From positions 192,504-256,503 of the forward strand of contig OZ240231.1 of assembly GCA_965197885.1 (NCBI GenBank): 64,000 nt of DNA. Direction: 5' to 3'. The notes under the pieces are model-generated. The model was not told the origin of the DNA. It saw only the letters and a list, made by a program, of their open reading frames with translations, and did no database searches. Positions 36,669 to 45,161 of the stretch are shown one piece after another. The stretch's first letter is position 1, and every line of letters starts with the position of its first letter. A program made the translations under genes and the position numbers. This DNA is from Thermodesulfobacteriota bacterium (GTDB lineage: Bacteria; Desulfobacterota_D; UBA1144; Nemesobacterales; Nemesobacteraceae).

Positions 36669-37991
36669 ATGAAAAATTTAAAGTCATCGTTTTTTTTCCG
36701 GTTTTGCTGTGTGCTTGTGCTGGCAAGCGTTTTTTTCGGTACGCGTCCCGCCGTTGCCCATGAAGGTACGACGGACGCCGCGACGGCGGAGGACGTGGCG
36801 AAGGCGACCGCCGATATGAAGCGGGATGTTCTGAGCGAATTCGTGGAACACGCGGCAGAGCACTTCGAGGGTGCCCAAAGCTTCGAACAGGCGGCCCAGC
36901 TCTTTGATGGGTTTCGGAACGAGAGAAGTTGGAATTATGAAGGTGTATACATCGTCCTTCTTACTGCTCGTGGCGGCGTGTACGTCCACCCCAACAGGGA
37001 GCTTGAGGATCAGGACTGGTCTGCCCTTCCGGATGAGGAGGGAAAAAACGTCGGGAAGCAGTTTCTGGCCGCAGGCGAGGATGGAGACTTCGTTATGTAT
37101 TATGGGCAAGACGATCAAAGCCCCAGAGTGAGTTACGTGCGACCGGTTGTCAATCCGTCTGTTCCGCTTAGCAACCCGAGCGCACCTGACCGGCAGAAAT
37201 TTATTCTGCTCGGCGGCTTCGATCAGGAGCACGGATTTCCGGATCCTCCCTACGATCCCGAGCAGGGTATAAAACTTCACGGTCAAGATTTCCCTGCACT
37301 TCCTGGAGTACAGGCTAAAGATGTGACGGAAGAAGGCGATCCGGAACGGAGAGAAGAGGAGCTGAGACAGTTTGTACGCGATGCGATTCACTTCTTTCTG
37401 ACAGCCTTGGATGGAGGTGAAGTTGACGTCATACAGTTGCGCAGACTCTTCAGGCTGGACGACGGGCCCTGGAGGCATCGCTCCACCTATATATATATCA
37501 TGGATGAAAGGGGCAACGTGATATTTAACGGGGCCAACAGAGGTATTGAGCAGACAAACTTGTGGGATTTTACTCCTCCTGACAGTGACGATACATTTAT
37601 TCAGAGGATCATAGCCGCGGCGGAGATGCCCGGCGGAGGCTTTATCAATTACAACTGGAACGATCCGGAGGATCCGAATGATGATCCTCCCGGTGGCGGT
37701 GCTGGCGGTACTTCGCCCAAGCTTGGTTTTGCCGAAGCCGTTTCACTTGACAGGCACGATCATTTGTCTCCCGTCTACGTGTTTGGTTCAGGGATTTATT
37801 TGGGGTCGCAGGATGATGATATGGAACTGCAGGGTGACGATGATGACGGAGCGTGTGCGATTGCGGGAGCGGGGAATACGCTTGAAAGCACCGCATTCAA
37901 TTTCTTCCTGCTTGTATCCGCCCTGTTTTTGGCAGTTTCGTTTAAAAGACATTTAACTGGAAGACGGAAGGAGCAACGCCAAAATCTGTAG
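36669..37991 (+). CDS. secreted tandem Cache/PDC-like domain protein with Cys-containing C-terminal tag (paralog B)
   Basis: Start at MKNLKSSFFFRFCCVLVLASVFFGTRPAVA with an AAGGAG SD; strongly similar throughout to paralog A (GGVYVHPNRELEDQDWS, MYYGQDDQSPRVSY, DDPPGGGAGGTSPKL). C-terminus GACAIAGAGNTLESTAFNFFLLVSALFLAVSFKRH. Confidence 0.7.
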   Translation: MKNLKSSFFFRFCCVLVLASVFFGTRPAVAHEGTTDAATAEDVAKATADMKRDVLSEFVEHAAEHFEGAQSFEQAAQLFDGFRNERSWNYEGVYIVLLTARGGVYVHPNRELEDQDWSALPDEEGKNVGKQFLAAGEDGDFVMYYGQDDQSPRVSYVRPVVNPSVPLSNPSAPDRQKFILLGGFDQEHGFPDPPYDPEQGIKLHGQDFPALPGVQAKDVTEEGDPERREEELRQFVRDAIHFFLTALDGGEVDVIQLRRLFRLDDGPWRHRSTYIYIMDERGNVIFNGANRGIEQTNLWDFTPPDSDDTFIQRIIAAAEMPGGGFINYNWNDPEDPNDDPPGGGAGGTSPKLGFAEAVSLDRHDHLSPVYVFGSGIYLGSQDDDMELQGDDDDGACAIAGAGNTLESTAFNFFLLVSALFLAVSFKRHLTGRRKEQRQNL

Positions 37992-38572
37992 AGTCGAAGA
38001 GAAGCGGACCCTTGAGAGGAGAGTGCGCCAATAAGGGCCGAGCACGGCGCGGACAGAGAAGTCGTATTCCGTCAGGGAAGAGAAGCGGGCCGGAAGGAAT
38101 CTCGGACTTCATCGACGCTAATGCGCTTTGGGTTACGATTACCGCAAGGCTTTCGGTCACAAGTTCTAACACTTCACAGGATTCCCCAGTCGGGTTTTAC
38201 TTACGTGGCGTGCTCAGAAGTGGCTGTGCGGGTGCTACATAAAGATGGCGGCTTCGGGCAAGAGCGCCAAGGGTGATAACGGTGGCCATCGCCAGGGAGC
38301 TTGTGCGGGTTTCATCCGGGACATAATCCGCCGCGAGATGGGCACAATAAAGGGGTCGACGGCGTAGGGAGAAGAACGCAAACAGAATAATCGTGTCAGG
38401 ACGAGGCGCGAGAGCGGAGAATCTCTGTTCTCAGTCTACGGGCACCTCGTTGACCCGTGCTATTGAGTCAAAGGTCAGTTCTGCGACTTAAGTGGACCCA
38501 AGCGACACCCGATCCGGTACCTTTATCAAAAGCCTGAATCAAGCGAAAAAATTAAAAATCAAGTTTAATTTT

Positions 38573-38690
38573 TTCACGGGTATCGACTGGGGACGAGAAT
38601 CCCACCGGATCTGCCATTGGAGAAAAATCCTTCAAGCACACCGGAAGTGCCGTATTGCTAAGTCAAATCCGGACCTTTCTATACGATAAG
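38573..38690 (+). mobile_element. second, more degraded copy of the IS110-family 5' remnant
   Basis: ...TGIDWGRESHRIC then frame lost; DNA aligns with 34600-34720 except for a roughly 22-nt deletion (gttatcgatcaggaaggttccgt) and a roughly 150-bp deletion upstream. Confidence 0.6.
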
Positions 38691-38729
38691 GTTCTTGCCC
38701 GGGAACAGGGCATACCGAGTTGAGTCCCC

Positions 38730-40448
38730 TTAGCTCCCTCCAGGCGAACATGTGACTTTAGCATAGTCCGGGTTCCATGAGCTGCAATCGTGCTCTCCAC
38801 GGGTTCCATGGTCACAATCAAGCAGTTCATCTTCATCCCCATCGCAGTCCACGGAGTCAAGCAAGAAAGTCCTGGGTGGACTAATGCTTGATAAGCTTAT
38901 GCCTTCTGCAGACGAGGTATTCCCCGATGCGCCTAACTGACGACACACGACCCCCGCCTCTTCCGATCCCCATCCGCTGTTAGCACATACTGACTCCCAT
39001 CCCGTACCATCGCCATCGTCGGTTTTGCCATCGAATATTTCAACTACGCCTCTAAGCTCATTATCTCCCGCCGCCAGTCGAATAGAACCGTCGTACTCCG
39101 CGGCATCAGCAGCACTGACAGTAACGGGGCCCATTACCCGACTTCGTACATCTTCTTCATTTCCGTCGTCATCGGCGAAACTCAGTTCAAGCTTGATACT
39201 TTTACCGAAATCCGCATTCTGAAGAACATAGGTGGAATTTACCGCATCGGAAATATCGGACTCGTTATCAGGAGTATCAAGCCGGGTATTAACCCTGACC
39301 CACTGGTAACTGAAGGTTGACTCCGCCGGAAGACCGTCTTTATCATCTATGTCCGAGACGTCAGCGGTCAGAGTCTGCCCCACCTCCGAAGTGCCCGTGA
39401 TTTTCAGCAGACCGGAGGCGGTGGAGTTGTCACCTGGAGGATCACAAGAGACTGTGAATATCTCTTTCTTGAAGCAATTATGATTTCCACGGCCTGCATG
39501 CTCACAATCAAGCACACTGTTTTCCGAACCCGTGCATACCAGATTGTCTATTAACATGTCGGGGAAATTCGCTATCACGCCTGAACCATAGAAAACGTCG
39601 TGAGTTATACTTCCTCCCGAACATCCCAGCCGGCGACATATTACGGCTGCCTCTTCTTTAGACACATCGTTTGAAGTTAAGCCATCATCACATATCCCCC
39701 TCCAATTGCCGGTCCCGTCATCGTCCGGATCATTGAATATCTCCGGCCTGCCCGAATCTGAGCAAATCGAGTCGCCTGTCAAAACCGTGCCGTCCGCATC
39801 TAGTTCCGTTAACCTGAGGTCGCCGTCTTTGTTGGAGTTTATAGGAGATGAAGGACCGGTTATACGAACTACGGCATTTTCGTGATGGGTAGTCCAACCG
39901 GCGTTCGTTCCGTCCCACGCATAAATACCCTCGACAAACCTATCCCGATCGCGGAGATTAAAAGTCTGATGCTCGGTATAACCAGAATCAGTATCATTCT
40001 GAGTCCCCGTATGCACATCATATCTGTCTAAGGGTTCCCCCTCCGGCGGAAAATCCGGCTTTATCCAAATTTTAAAACTGCCGGCGTTCACTCCACCCGA
40101 ACTAATAATTGCAATTTCGTAAGTATTATTTCCAAACTCAAAGAACCTGTCATCATTTGACGAGAAGGCCCCATTGGGAGCAGCACTAGTGCCATAGTGA
40201 GTTGTGGTCTCGGCTCCCTGACCTTGATCCACCTGAAATTCCAGCCGAGCAAGTTCCGTGTCCCCCGCCCATAAATCGCCGACGCTCAATAATGAGAATG
40301 CTAAGAAAACGGCCAGAATACCCGCGCTGCGGAGCACGGAAGGAACTTGCCGCCTCCGGGAAGCGGTTTCCCCGTTCCTCTTATTCCGAGATACTTGAAG
40401 ATTTATACCCTGAAAGCAATTTACATTCCCTGCACTTGGTTTACTCAT
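38730..40448 (-). CDS. secreted tandem-SRCR-like domain protein with additional about 170-aa N-terminal domain (paralog 3)
   Basis: C-terminal 400 aa collinear with paralog 2 (DGDLRLTELDADGTVLTG...WRGICDDGLTSNDVSKEEAAVICRRLGCSGG...; ITGTSEVGQTLTADVSDIDDKDGLPA; WESVCANSGWGSEEAGVVCRQLG). AGGAGGA SD upstream of the ATG at 40448. Confidence 0.8.
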   Translation of the reverse strand: MSKPSAGNVNCFQGINLQVSRNKRNGETASRRRQVPSVLRSAGILAVFLAFSLLSVGDLWAGDTELARLEFQVDQGQGAETTTHYGTSAAPNGAFSSNDDRFFEFGNNTYEIAIISSGGVNAGSFKIWIKPDFPPEGEPLDRYDVHTGTQNDTDSGYTEHQTFNLRDRDRFVEGIYAWDGTNAGWTTHHENAVVRITGPSSPINSNKDGDLRLTELDADGTVLTGDSICSDSGRPEIFNDPDDDGTGNWRGICDDGLTSNDVSKEEAAVICRRLGCSGGSITHDVFYGSGVIANFPDMLIDNLVCTGSENSVLDCEHAGRGNHNCFKKEIFTVSCDPPGDNSTASGLLKITGTSEVGQTLTADVSDIDDKDGLPAESTFSYQWVRVNTRLDTPDNESDISDAVNSTYVLQNADFGKSIKLELSFADDDGNEEDVRSRVMGPVTVSAADAAEYDGSIRLAAGDNELRGVVEIFDGKTDDGDGTGWESVCANSGWGSEEAGVVCRQLGASGNTSSAEGISLSSISPPRTFLLDSVDCDGDEDELLDCDHGTRGEHDCSSWNPDYAKVTCSPGGS

Positions 40449-40905
40449 CGTATTGTCCTCCTGCGTGCAATAAGGTATTAACAGTCGGCCCTAGAAAGAA
40501 CCGTTCGGTATAGTACCTCGATATCCCTACATCGTCAAGCAGGTGTCCCGGTGCCGAAGACTGCACTCCGCGCGGGCCCACCGAACCCGCACCTGGCGCT
40601 ATGGTATGCGCGACGGGAAAAACCTAGCCGTCGTTGCTTCCGCTTAAGACATCGGGGAAGTGTCCCGACGCCCGGGCCCTGCTGCCATAGGATTCCCCGG
40701 TCGGGGTTTACTTGCGTGGCGGTGATGACTGGAAGAAAACGCCGGTCGGCATTCCCGGGGAATGTGGTACCCACAGCTTTTCGAACTTTCATAAAGGCGA
40801 AGACGAAGACGTGACTTGAAGTTGGGGGAACTTGTGCTCTCACTATGCGATGTGGAGAGAGTGCGGGGTTGAATCCATGTTGCTTCCCGCTATATTGATC
40901 AGATA

Positions 40906-41319
40906 ATGAACCACTGGCTTGTTAAATCCGAACCGTTTAAATATTCATGGGAGGAATTTCTCCGCGACGGCTGGACATACTGGGACGGAGTGAGAAACTA
41001 CCAGGCGAGAAACAACCTCAAGGGCATGAAAGAGGGCGACCTGGTTCTTTTCTATCACAGCAACAAGGGTCTTGAAGTAGTAGGCATATCCGAGGTTATA
41101 AGGGAATATTACCAGGATCCTACGACGGAAGACGAAAGGTGGGTCGTGGTGGACCTGAAACCTGTGGAAACACTGGAGAATCCGGTATCTCTTAAGCGGA
41201 TCAAGGGCGACGAAAGACTCAAGGACATCGCGCTTGTGAGGCAAAGCAGACTGTCGGTCATGCGGATTGAAAAGAAGCATTTCGACACAATCGTCGACCT
41301 TGGAAGGGAAAACGCCTGA
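40906..41319 (+). CDS. EVE (PUA-like) domain protein
   Basis: MNHWLVKSEPFKYSWEEFLRDGWTYWDGVRNYQARNNLKGMKEGDLVLFYHS is the EVE-domain N-terminal signature. Confidence 0.85.
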   Translation: MNHWLVKSEPFKYSWEEFLRDGWTYWDGVRNYQARNNLKGMKEGDLVLFYHSNKGLEVVGISEVIREYYQDPTTEDERWVVVDLKPVETLENPVSLKRIKGDERLKDIALVRQSRLSVMRIEKKHFDTIVDLGRENA

Positions 41320-41420
41320 CTTCCACAAGGATGCGTAGAACCCGTCTGCTTCCTCATACAGTCGCGGAGGAAATTCATTTCTGTGAAACGCCGAAATGAG
41401 GACTCAACCGGCCGGCAAGT

Positions 41421-42841
41421 TTAATTGTTAATAGCACGCCATCTGTCCGGAAGTATAGCACGCCTTTTGTCCGGTTTTGCAGTAGAGCGATTGTCTTGAT
41501 TTATCTTCTCCATAAAGGAGGAGATAGCCATGGACCAGACAAGGTTTCTACAGAGAGTCAGGATGAACCAGTTCGAGCGAGTATACCAGAGATGGAAGGA
41601 GAAGAAGCTGACACAAACAGAGGCGGCCGGGCAGCTCGGGATCACGGAGAGGACATTTCGTCGTTACACAGTCCGATACAGGGACGAAGGTATGCAAGGG
41701 CTTTTAGACCGCCGTCTGGGAGCAGTTTCGCACAATCGGGCATCACGGCAGGAGACCTCGGAGGTGGTAGCGCTCTACAAGGGGGTTTACCCGGACCGTA
41801 ACGTGGCTCACTTCTACGAAGCGTACACCGAGCACCACGGAGGCCGTCGCTGCTACAACTGGGTTAAGAGGTGTCTTTACTCGGCAGGGGTGGCGAGAAG
41901 GCCCCGGGGCGGGGGAGTGCACCGTGAGCGCAGGGAGCGCAAGGAGCAGTCTGGGATGATGATACACCAGGACGCAAGCACTCACAGGTGGGTTCCCCAG
42001 GAGGTGTGGGATCTGGTGGTTACGATGGATGATGCCACAGGGGAGATATACAGCGCTTTTTTCGTTTGGGAGGAAGGGACATGGAGCAGCATGAGGGGTG
42101 TAAGGGATGTGTTGGAGAGAGAGGGTATATTCACAAGTTTTTACAGTGACAGGGGACCTCACTACTGGAGTACTCCCAAGATGGGAGGCCGCGTGGATAA
42201 AGACAATCCCACGCAGTTCGGAAGAGCGATGGCGGAACTGGGGGTGGTGATGATACCGGGATACTCCCCTGAGGCTCGGGGGCGCAGCGAGAGGATGTTC
42301 GGTACTTTGCAGGGGAGGCTGCCCGCGGAGCTGTGTGAGCGTGGTATAGTGGAGATGGAAGAGGCGAACAGGTTTCTCGCGGAGAGTTTCATTGAGGATT
42401 TCAACAGGCGTTTCATGGTGGCTCCCGCAGAGGAGGGAGAAGCGTTTGTGCCGCTGTTAGATGCCAAGCTCGACGACATACTGTGTTTGAAGTACCCCAG
42501 GGTAGTGGGCAATGACAACTGCGTTAGGTACAAGGGTATGAGTCTGCAGATCCCGGCGGTTGAGGATCGTCACCACTTCGTGAGGGCCAGGGTAATGGTG
42601 CACGAGCATGGGGACGGGAGCATGTCCGTATACCATGGGAAGCGTAAATTGGGTAAATATGACAAGGAAGGCAGATTGAAAAACAAAGGAGGAGTAAGCA
42701 GGCCGAAGGTTAACGTGGGCAAGCACCGCAGTTTCACATCAGCCTCTTCGGGCTACGCCCTGCGAGGCTGAAGTGAAGAAAGCAAAAGCGGACAACCCGC
42801 GTGCTATAAAACCGGTCAGTTCGTTTGCTATTAACATTTAA
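41421..42841 (+). mobile_element. apparently complete IS element, ISNCY (IS1202-like) family candidate, about 1.42 kb with 16-bp imperfect terminal inverted repeats
   Basis: Left end TTAATTGTTAATAGCA (41421-41436) and right end TGCTATTAACATTTAA (42826-42841) form a 15/16 inverted repeat. One long transposase ORF lies in between. Subterminal direct repeats atagcacgccNtNtgtccgg x2 at 41431-41470. GC higher than the flanks. Confidence 0.7.
41530..42771 (+). CDS. DDE transposase (rve/integrase-core type with N-terminal HTH), ISNCY/IS1202-like
   Basis: N-terminal HTH (LTQTEAAGQLGITERTFRRY); integrase-core-like block IHQDASTHRW...FYSDRGPHYWS...E; family assignment from memory of IS1202-group transposases, moderate. 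Confidence 0.7.
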   Translation: MDQTRFLQRVRMNQFERVYQRWKEKKLTQTEAAGQLGITERTFRRYTVRYRDEGMQGLLDRRLGAVSHNRASRQETSEVVALYKGVYPDRNVAHFYEAYTEHHGGRRCYNWVKRCLYSAGVARRPRGGGVHRERRERKEQSGMMIHQDASTHRWVPQEVWDLVVTMDDATGEIYSAFFVWEEGTWSSMRGVRDVLEREGIFTSFYSDRGPHYWSTPKMGGRVDKDNPTQFGRAMAELGVVMIPGYSPEARGRSERMFGTLQGRLPAELCERGIVEMEEANRFLAESFIEDFNRRFMVAPAEEGEAFVPLLDAKLDDILCLKYPRVVGNDNCVRYKGMSLQIPAVEDRHHFVRARVMVHEHGDGSMSVYHGKRKLGKYDKEGRLKNKGGVSRPKVNVGKHRSFTSASSGYALRG

Positions 42842-42906
42842 TTTTTCCATATCAGGTACTTACAGTTATGTTTACCTAGATAACTGGCTTATCATTTTAA
42901 TATCCT

Positions 42907-44400
42907 ATGAACACTCAACTTATCATCAACTCGCTTTTTAACGAAACGAGAATAGCTGTTTTGGAGAAAAGCAGACTGAGCGAGCTTTTCATCGAAAGAA
43001 AATCCAGTTCTTCCATGGTGGGGAACATCTACAAGGGGAAAGTCGAAAAGATAATCCCCGGAATGCAGGCGGCGTTTGTAGGTATAGGAGACGGCAGGTC
43101 TGGGTTTCTTTCCGCAGAGGATGTGTATGAGGAATCGCTGAGCGAGCTTTTTCTTGAAGAGGAAGAGACCACAAAGGCCTCAAGAAAAAACCACCAGCCG
43201 ATACAGGACGTGCTGCGTCAAGGTCAGGAAGTGATGGTTCAGGTCACAAAGGAACCCACCGGAAACAAGGGGCCAAAGCTGACCTCTCACGTCGGGATAC
43301 CGGGCAAGTATCTTGTTCTGCTTCCTGGGTCAGATTCTATAAACGTGTCCCGGAAAATAAAGGATAGAAAACGCAGGAAGAAATTCTCCGAAATCATGCA
43401 GGATAAGCCCGACGACATGGGTTTTATAGTAAGAACGGCGTGTGTGGGTGCGGAGGAGAAAGATATCAAGACCGAAATGAGGGTGCTTGTAAGAAAGTGG
43501 AGAAGAATAAAGAAAAAATATGAAGATTCGAAAACCCCGGGCGTCATACACGAAGAAGCCGATACCTGTATCAGGGTTGTCAGGGACTTGATGGGAAACG
43601 GTCTTAAGAAAATTGTTGTAGATTCCCCCAAAGCATACGACCAGATCAGCAAGTATTTTTCCGACAAGATTGAGAAGGATGACTTCAAAGTCGATATGTA
43701 CGATAAAAACGAACCCATATTCGACAGGTACGGAATTGAGAACCAGATCGAGAAAATGTACAGAAAAAAGGTGTGGATGAAGTCCGGAGGTTCCCTGATC
43801 ATAGATGAGGCCGAGGGGCTTACCGTTATAGACGTGAACTCGGGGAAACTCGTCGGAGAGGAATTTCACAAAGAAACAATAATGAAAACAAATGAAGAAG
43901 CCGCCGTCGAAGCCGCGAGGCAGATAAAGCTTCGCAACCTAGTCGGAATCATAGTCATCGATTTCATAGACATGCAGGCCATTAAATCCAGAAGGAGGAT
44001 AGAGTCGCTTTTTGCCGCTGAGATGAAAAAGGACAAGGCGAGGACTACGATCCAGAAAATATCATCTTTCAGCGTACTCCAGCTCACTAGGCGCAGAGTC
44101 AGGGAAAGCATACTTTCCGACCTGACCGAAACCTGCGATATTTGCGAGGGAAGCGGAAGAGTGAAATCGATATATACCACCTGTTATGAAATACTGAGGG
44201 ACGTTGATCAATGGACAAAGGAAAGTGGCGAAGGACCGCTTGTCGTGCACGCCAACAAGAAGGTGATAGAGAAGCTCAGGGAGATAGAAGGAAGATCCAT
44301 AAGAAAAATTCAGAGAGAGATGGGGATCAAAATAAAGTTCAAATCGACCGATGATCTTCTCGAAAAATTCACCATTTCCAGGGAAAAAAGTTCCGGTTAG
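42907..44400 (+). CDS. rng: ribonuclease G/E family endoribonuclease
   Basis: S1 domain GNIYKGKVEKIIPGMQAAFVGIGDGRSGFL; DNase I-like/RNase E catalytic core through ...IIDEAEGLTVIDVNSGK...VIDFIDM. Confidence 0.88.
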   Translation: MNTQLIINSLFNETRIAVLEKSRLSELFIERKSSSSMVGNIYKGKVEKIIPGMQAAFVGIGDGRSGFLSAEDVYEESLSELFLEEEETTKASRKNHQPIQDVLRQGQEVMVQVTKEPTGNKGPKLTSHVGIPGKYLVLLPGSDSINVSRKIKDRKRRKKFSEIMQDKPDDMGFIVRTACVGAEEKDIKTEMRVLVRKWRRIKKKYEDSKTPGVIHEEADTCIRVVRDLMGNGLKKIVVDSPKAYDQISKYFSDKIEKDDFKVDMYDKNEPIFDRYGIENQIEKMYRKKVWMKSGGSLIIDEAEGLTVIDVNSGKLVGEEFHKETIMKTNEEAAVEAARQIKLRNLVGIIVIDFIDMQAIKSRRRIESLFAAEMKKDKARTTIQKISSFSVLQLTRRRVRESILSDLTETCDICEGSGRVKSIYTTCYEILRDVDQWTKESGEGPLVVHANKKVIEKLREIEGRSIRKIQREMGIKIKFKSTDDLLEKFTISREKSSG

Positions 44401-44418
44401 CCAAAGGGGGCATTTTCA

Positions 44419-44841
44419 TTGAGTAAAGACGGATTTCTTTATCATGTGGCGATTGCCGTAAACGATATCAAGAAGGCTGAAGAGATGTACTCGAAATTGA
44501 TCGGGCTTCGGGTTATACACAGAGAGGACGTGGTTAACCAGGGAGTCAAAACGTCAATGCTTCGCTCCGAATCGGGGGAGGGTACCGCGGTAGAGCTTAT
44601 CGAACCTCTGGATGAGAATTCCCCGATTTCGGAATTTCTGAAGAAAAAGGGGGAGGGCGTTCATCACATCTGCTTTCTCGTGGATGATATAGAATCTTCC
44701 CTTCAAGCACTCAAAGAAGAAGGGGTCAGGCTTATTGATGAACATCCTAGGCCTGGGTCTTACAACTCAAAAGTCGCTTTCATACACCCCAAGTCAATGA
44801 ACGGAGTGCTGGTGGAACTTGCGGAGATGAAAAAGGACTGA
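44419..44841 (+). CDS. mce: methylmalonyl-CoA epimerase (VOC/glyoxalase family)
   Basis: FLYHVAIAVNDIKKAEEMY...GEGVHHICFLVDDIESSLQALKEEGVRLI...IHPKSMNGVLVELAE matches methylmalonyl-CoA epimerase. Confidence 0.8.
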   Translation: MSKDGFLYHVAIAVNDIKKAEEMYSKLIGLRVIHREDVVNQGVKTSMLRSESGEGTAVELIEPLDENSPISEFLKKKGEGVHHICFLVDDIESSLQALKEEGVRLIDEHPRPGSYNSKVAFIHPKSMNGVLVELAEMKKD

Positions 44842-44859
44842 GAAGGAGAGGGCTTTTGA

Positions 44860-45039
44860 TTAGGTGCCGTTCTGTTTCTCTTCCTTATCGCCTGAATCGT
44901 CGTCTTTTAGGGATTTTCTGAACCCGCTTATTCCCTTGCCCAGCGAAGACCCAAGATCTCCGAGCCTGCTCGGACCGAAGATTATGAGCAGGATTGCCAG
45001 TATCAGGATTAATTCCCATATGCCGAATTGCCCGAACAT
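44860..45039 (-). CDS. tatA: twin-arginine translocase subunit TatA/E (59 aa; absent from the ORF track, below its length cut-off)
   Basis: Minus-strand translation [59 protein letters not shown] has the TatA TM helix, the FGP hinge and an amphipathic tail. Confidence 0.8.
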   Translation of the reverse strand: MFGQFGIWELILILAILLIIFGPSRLGDLGSSLGKGISGFRKSLKDDDSGDKEEKQNGT

Positions 45040-45161
45040 GTTGCAGAAATGATACCTTAATCTATTAGTATCTCAAACATTTTTAAAGTGATGTTGGGAG
45101 AACAAGGAGATCTTCGGATGCCCTTTATCCCTCGGGGCTCGGGCTTTTGGTCTGTTGCGGA

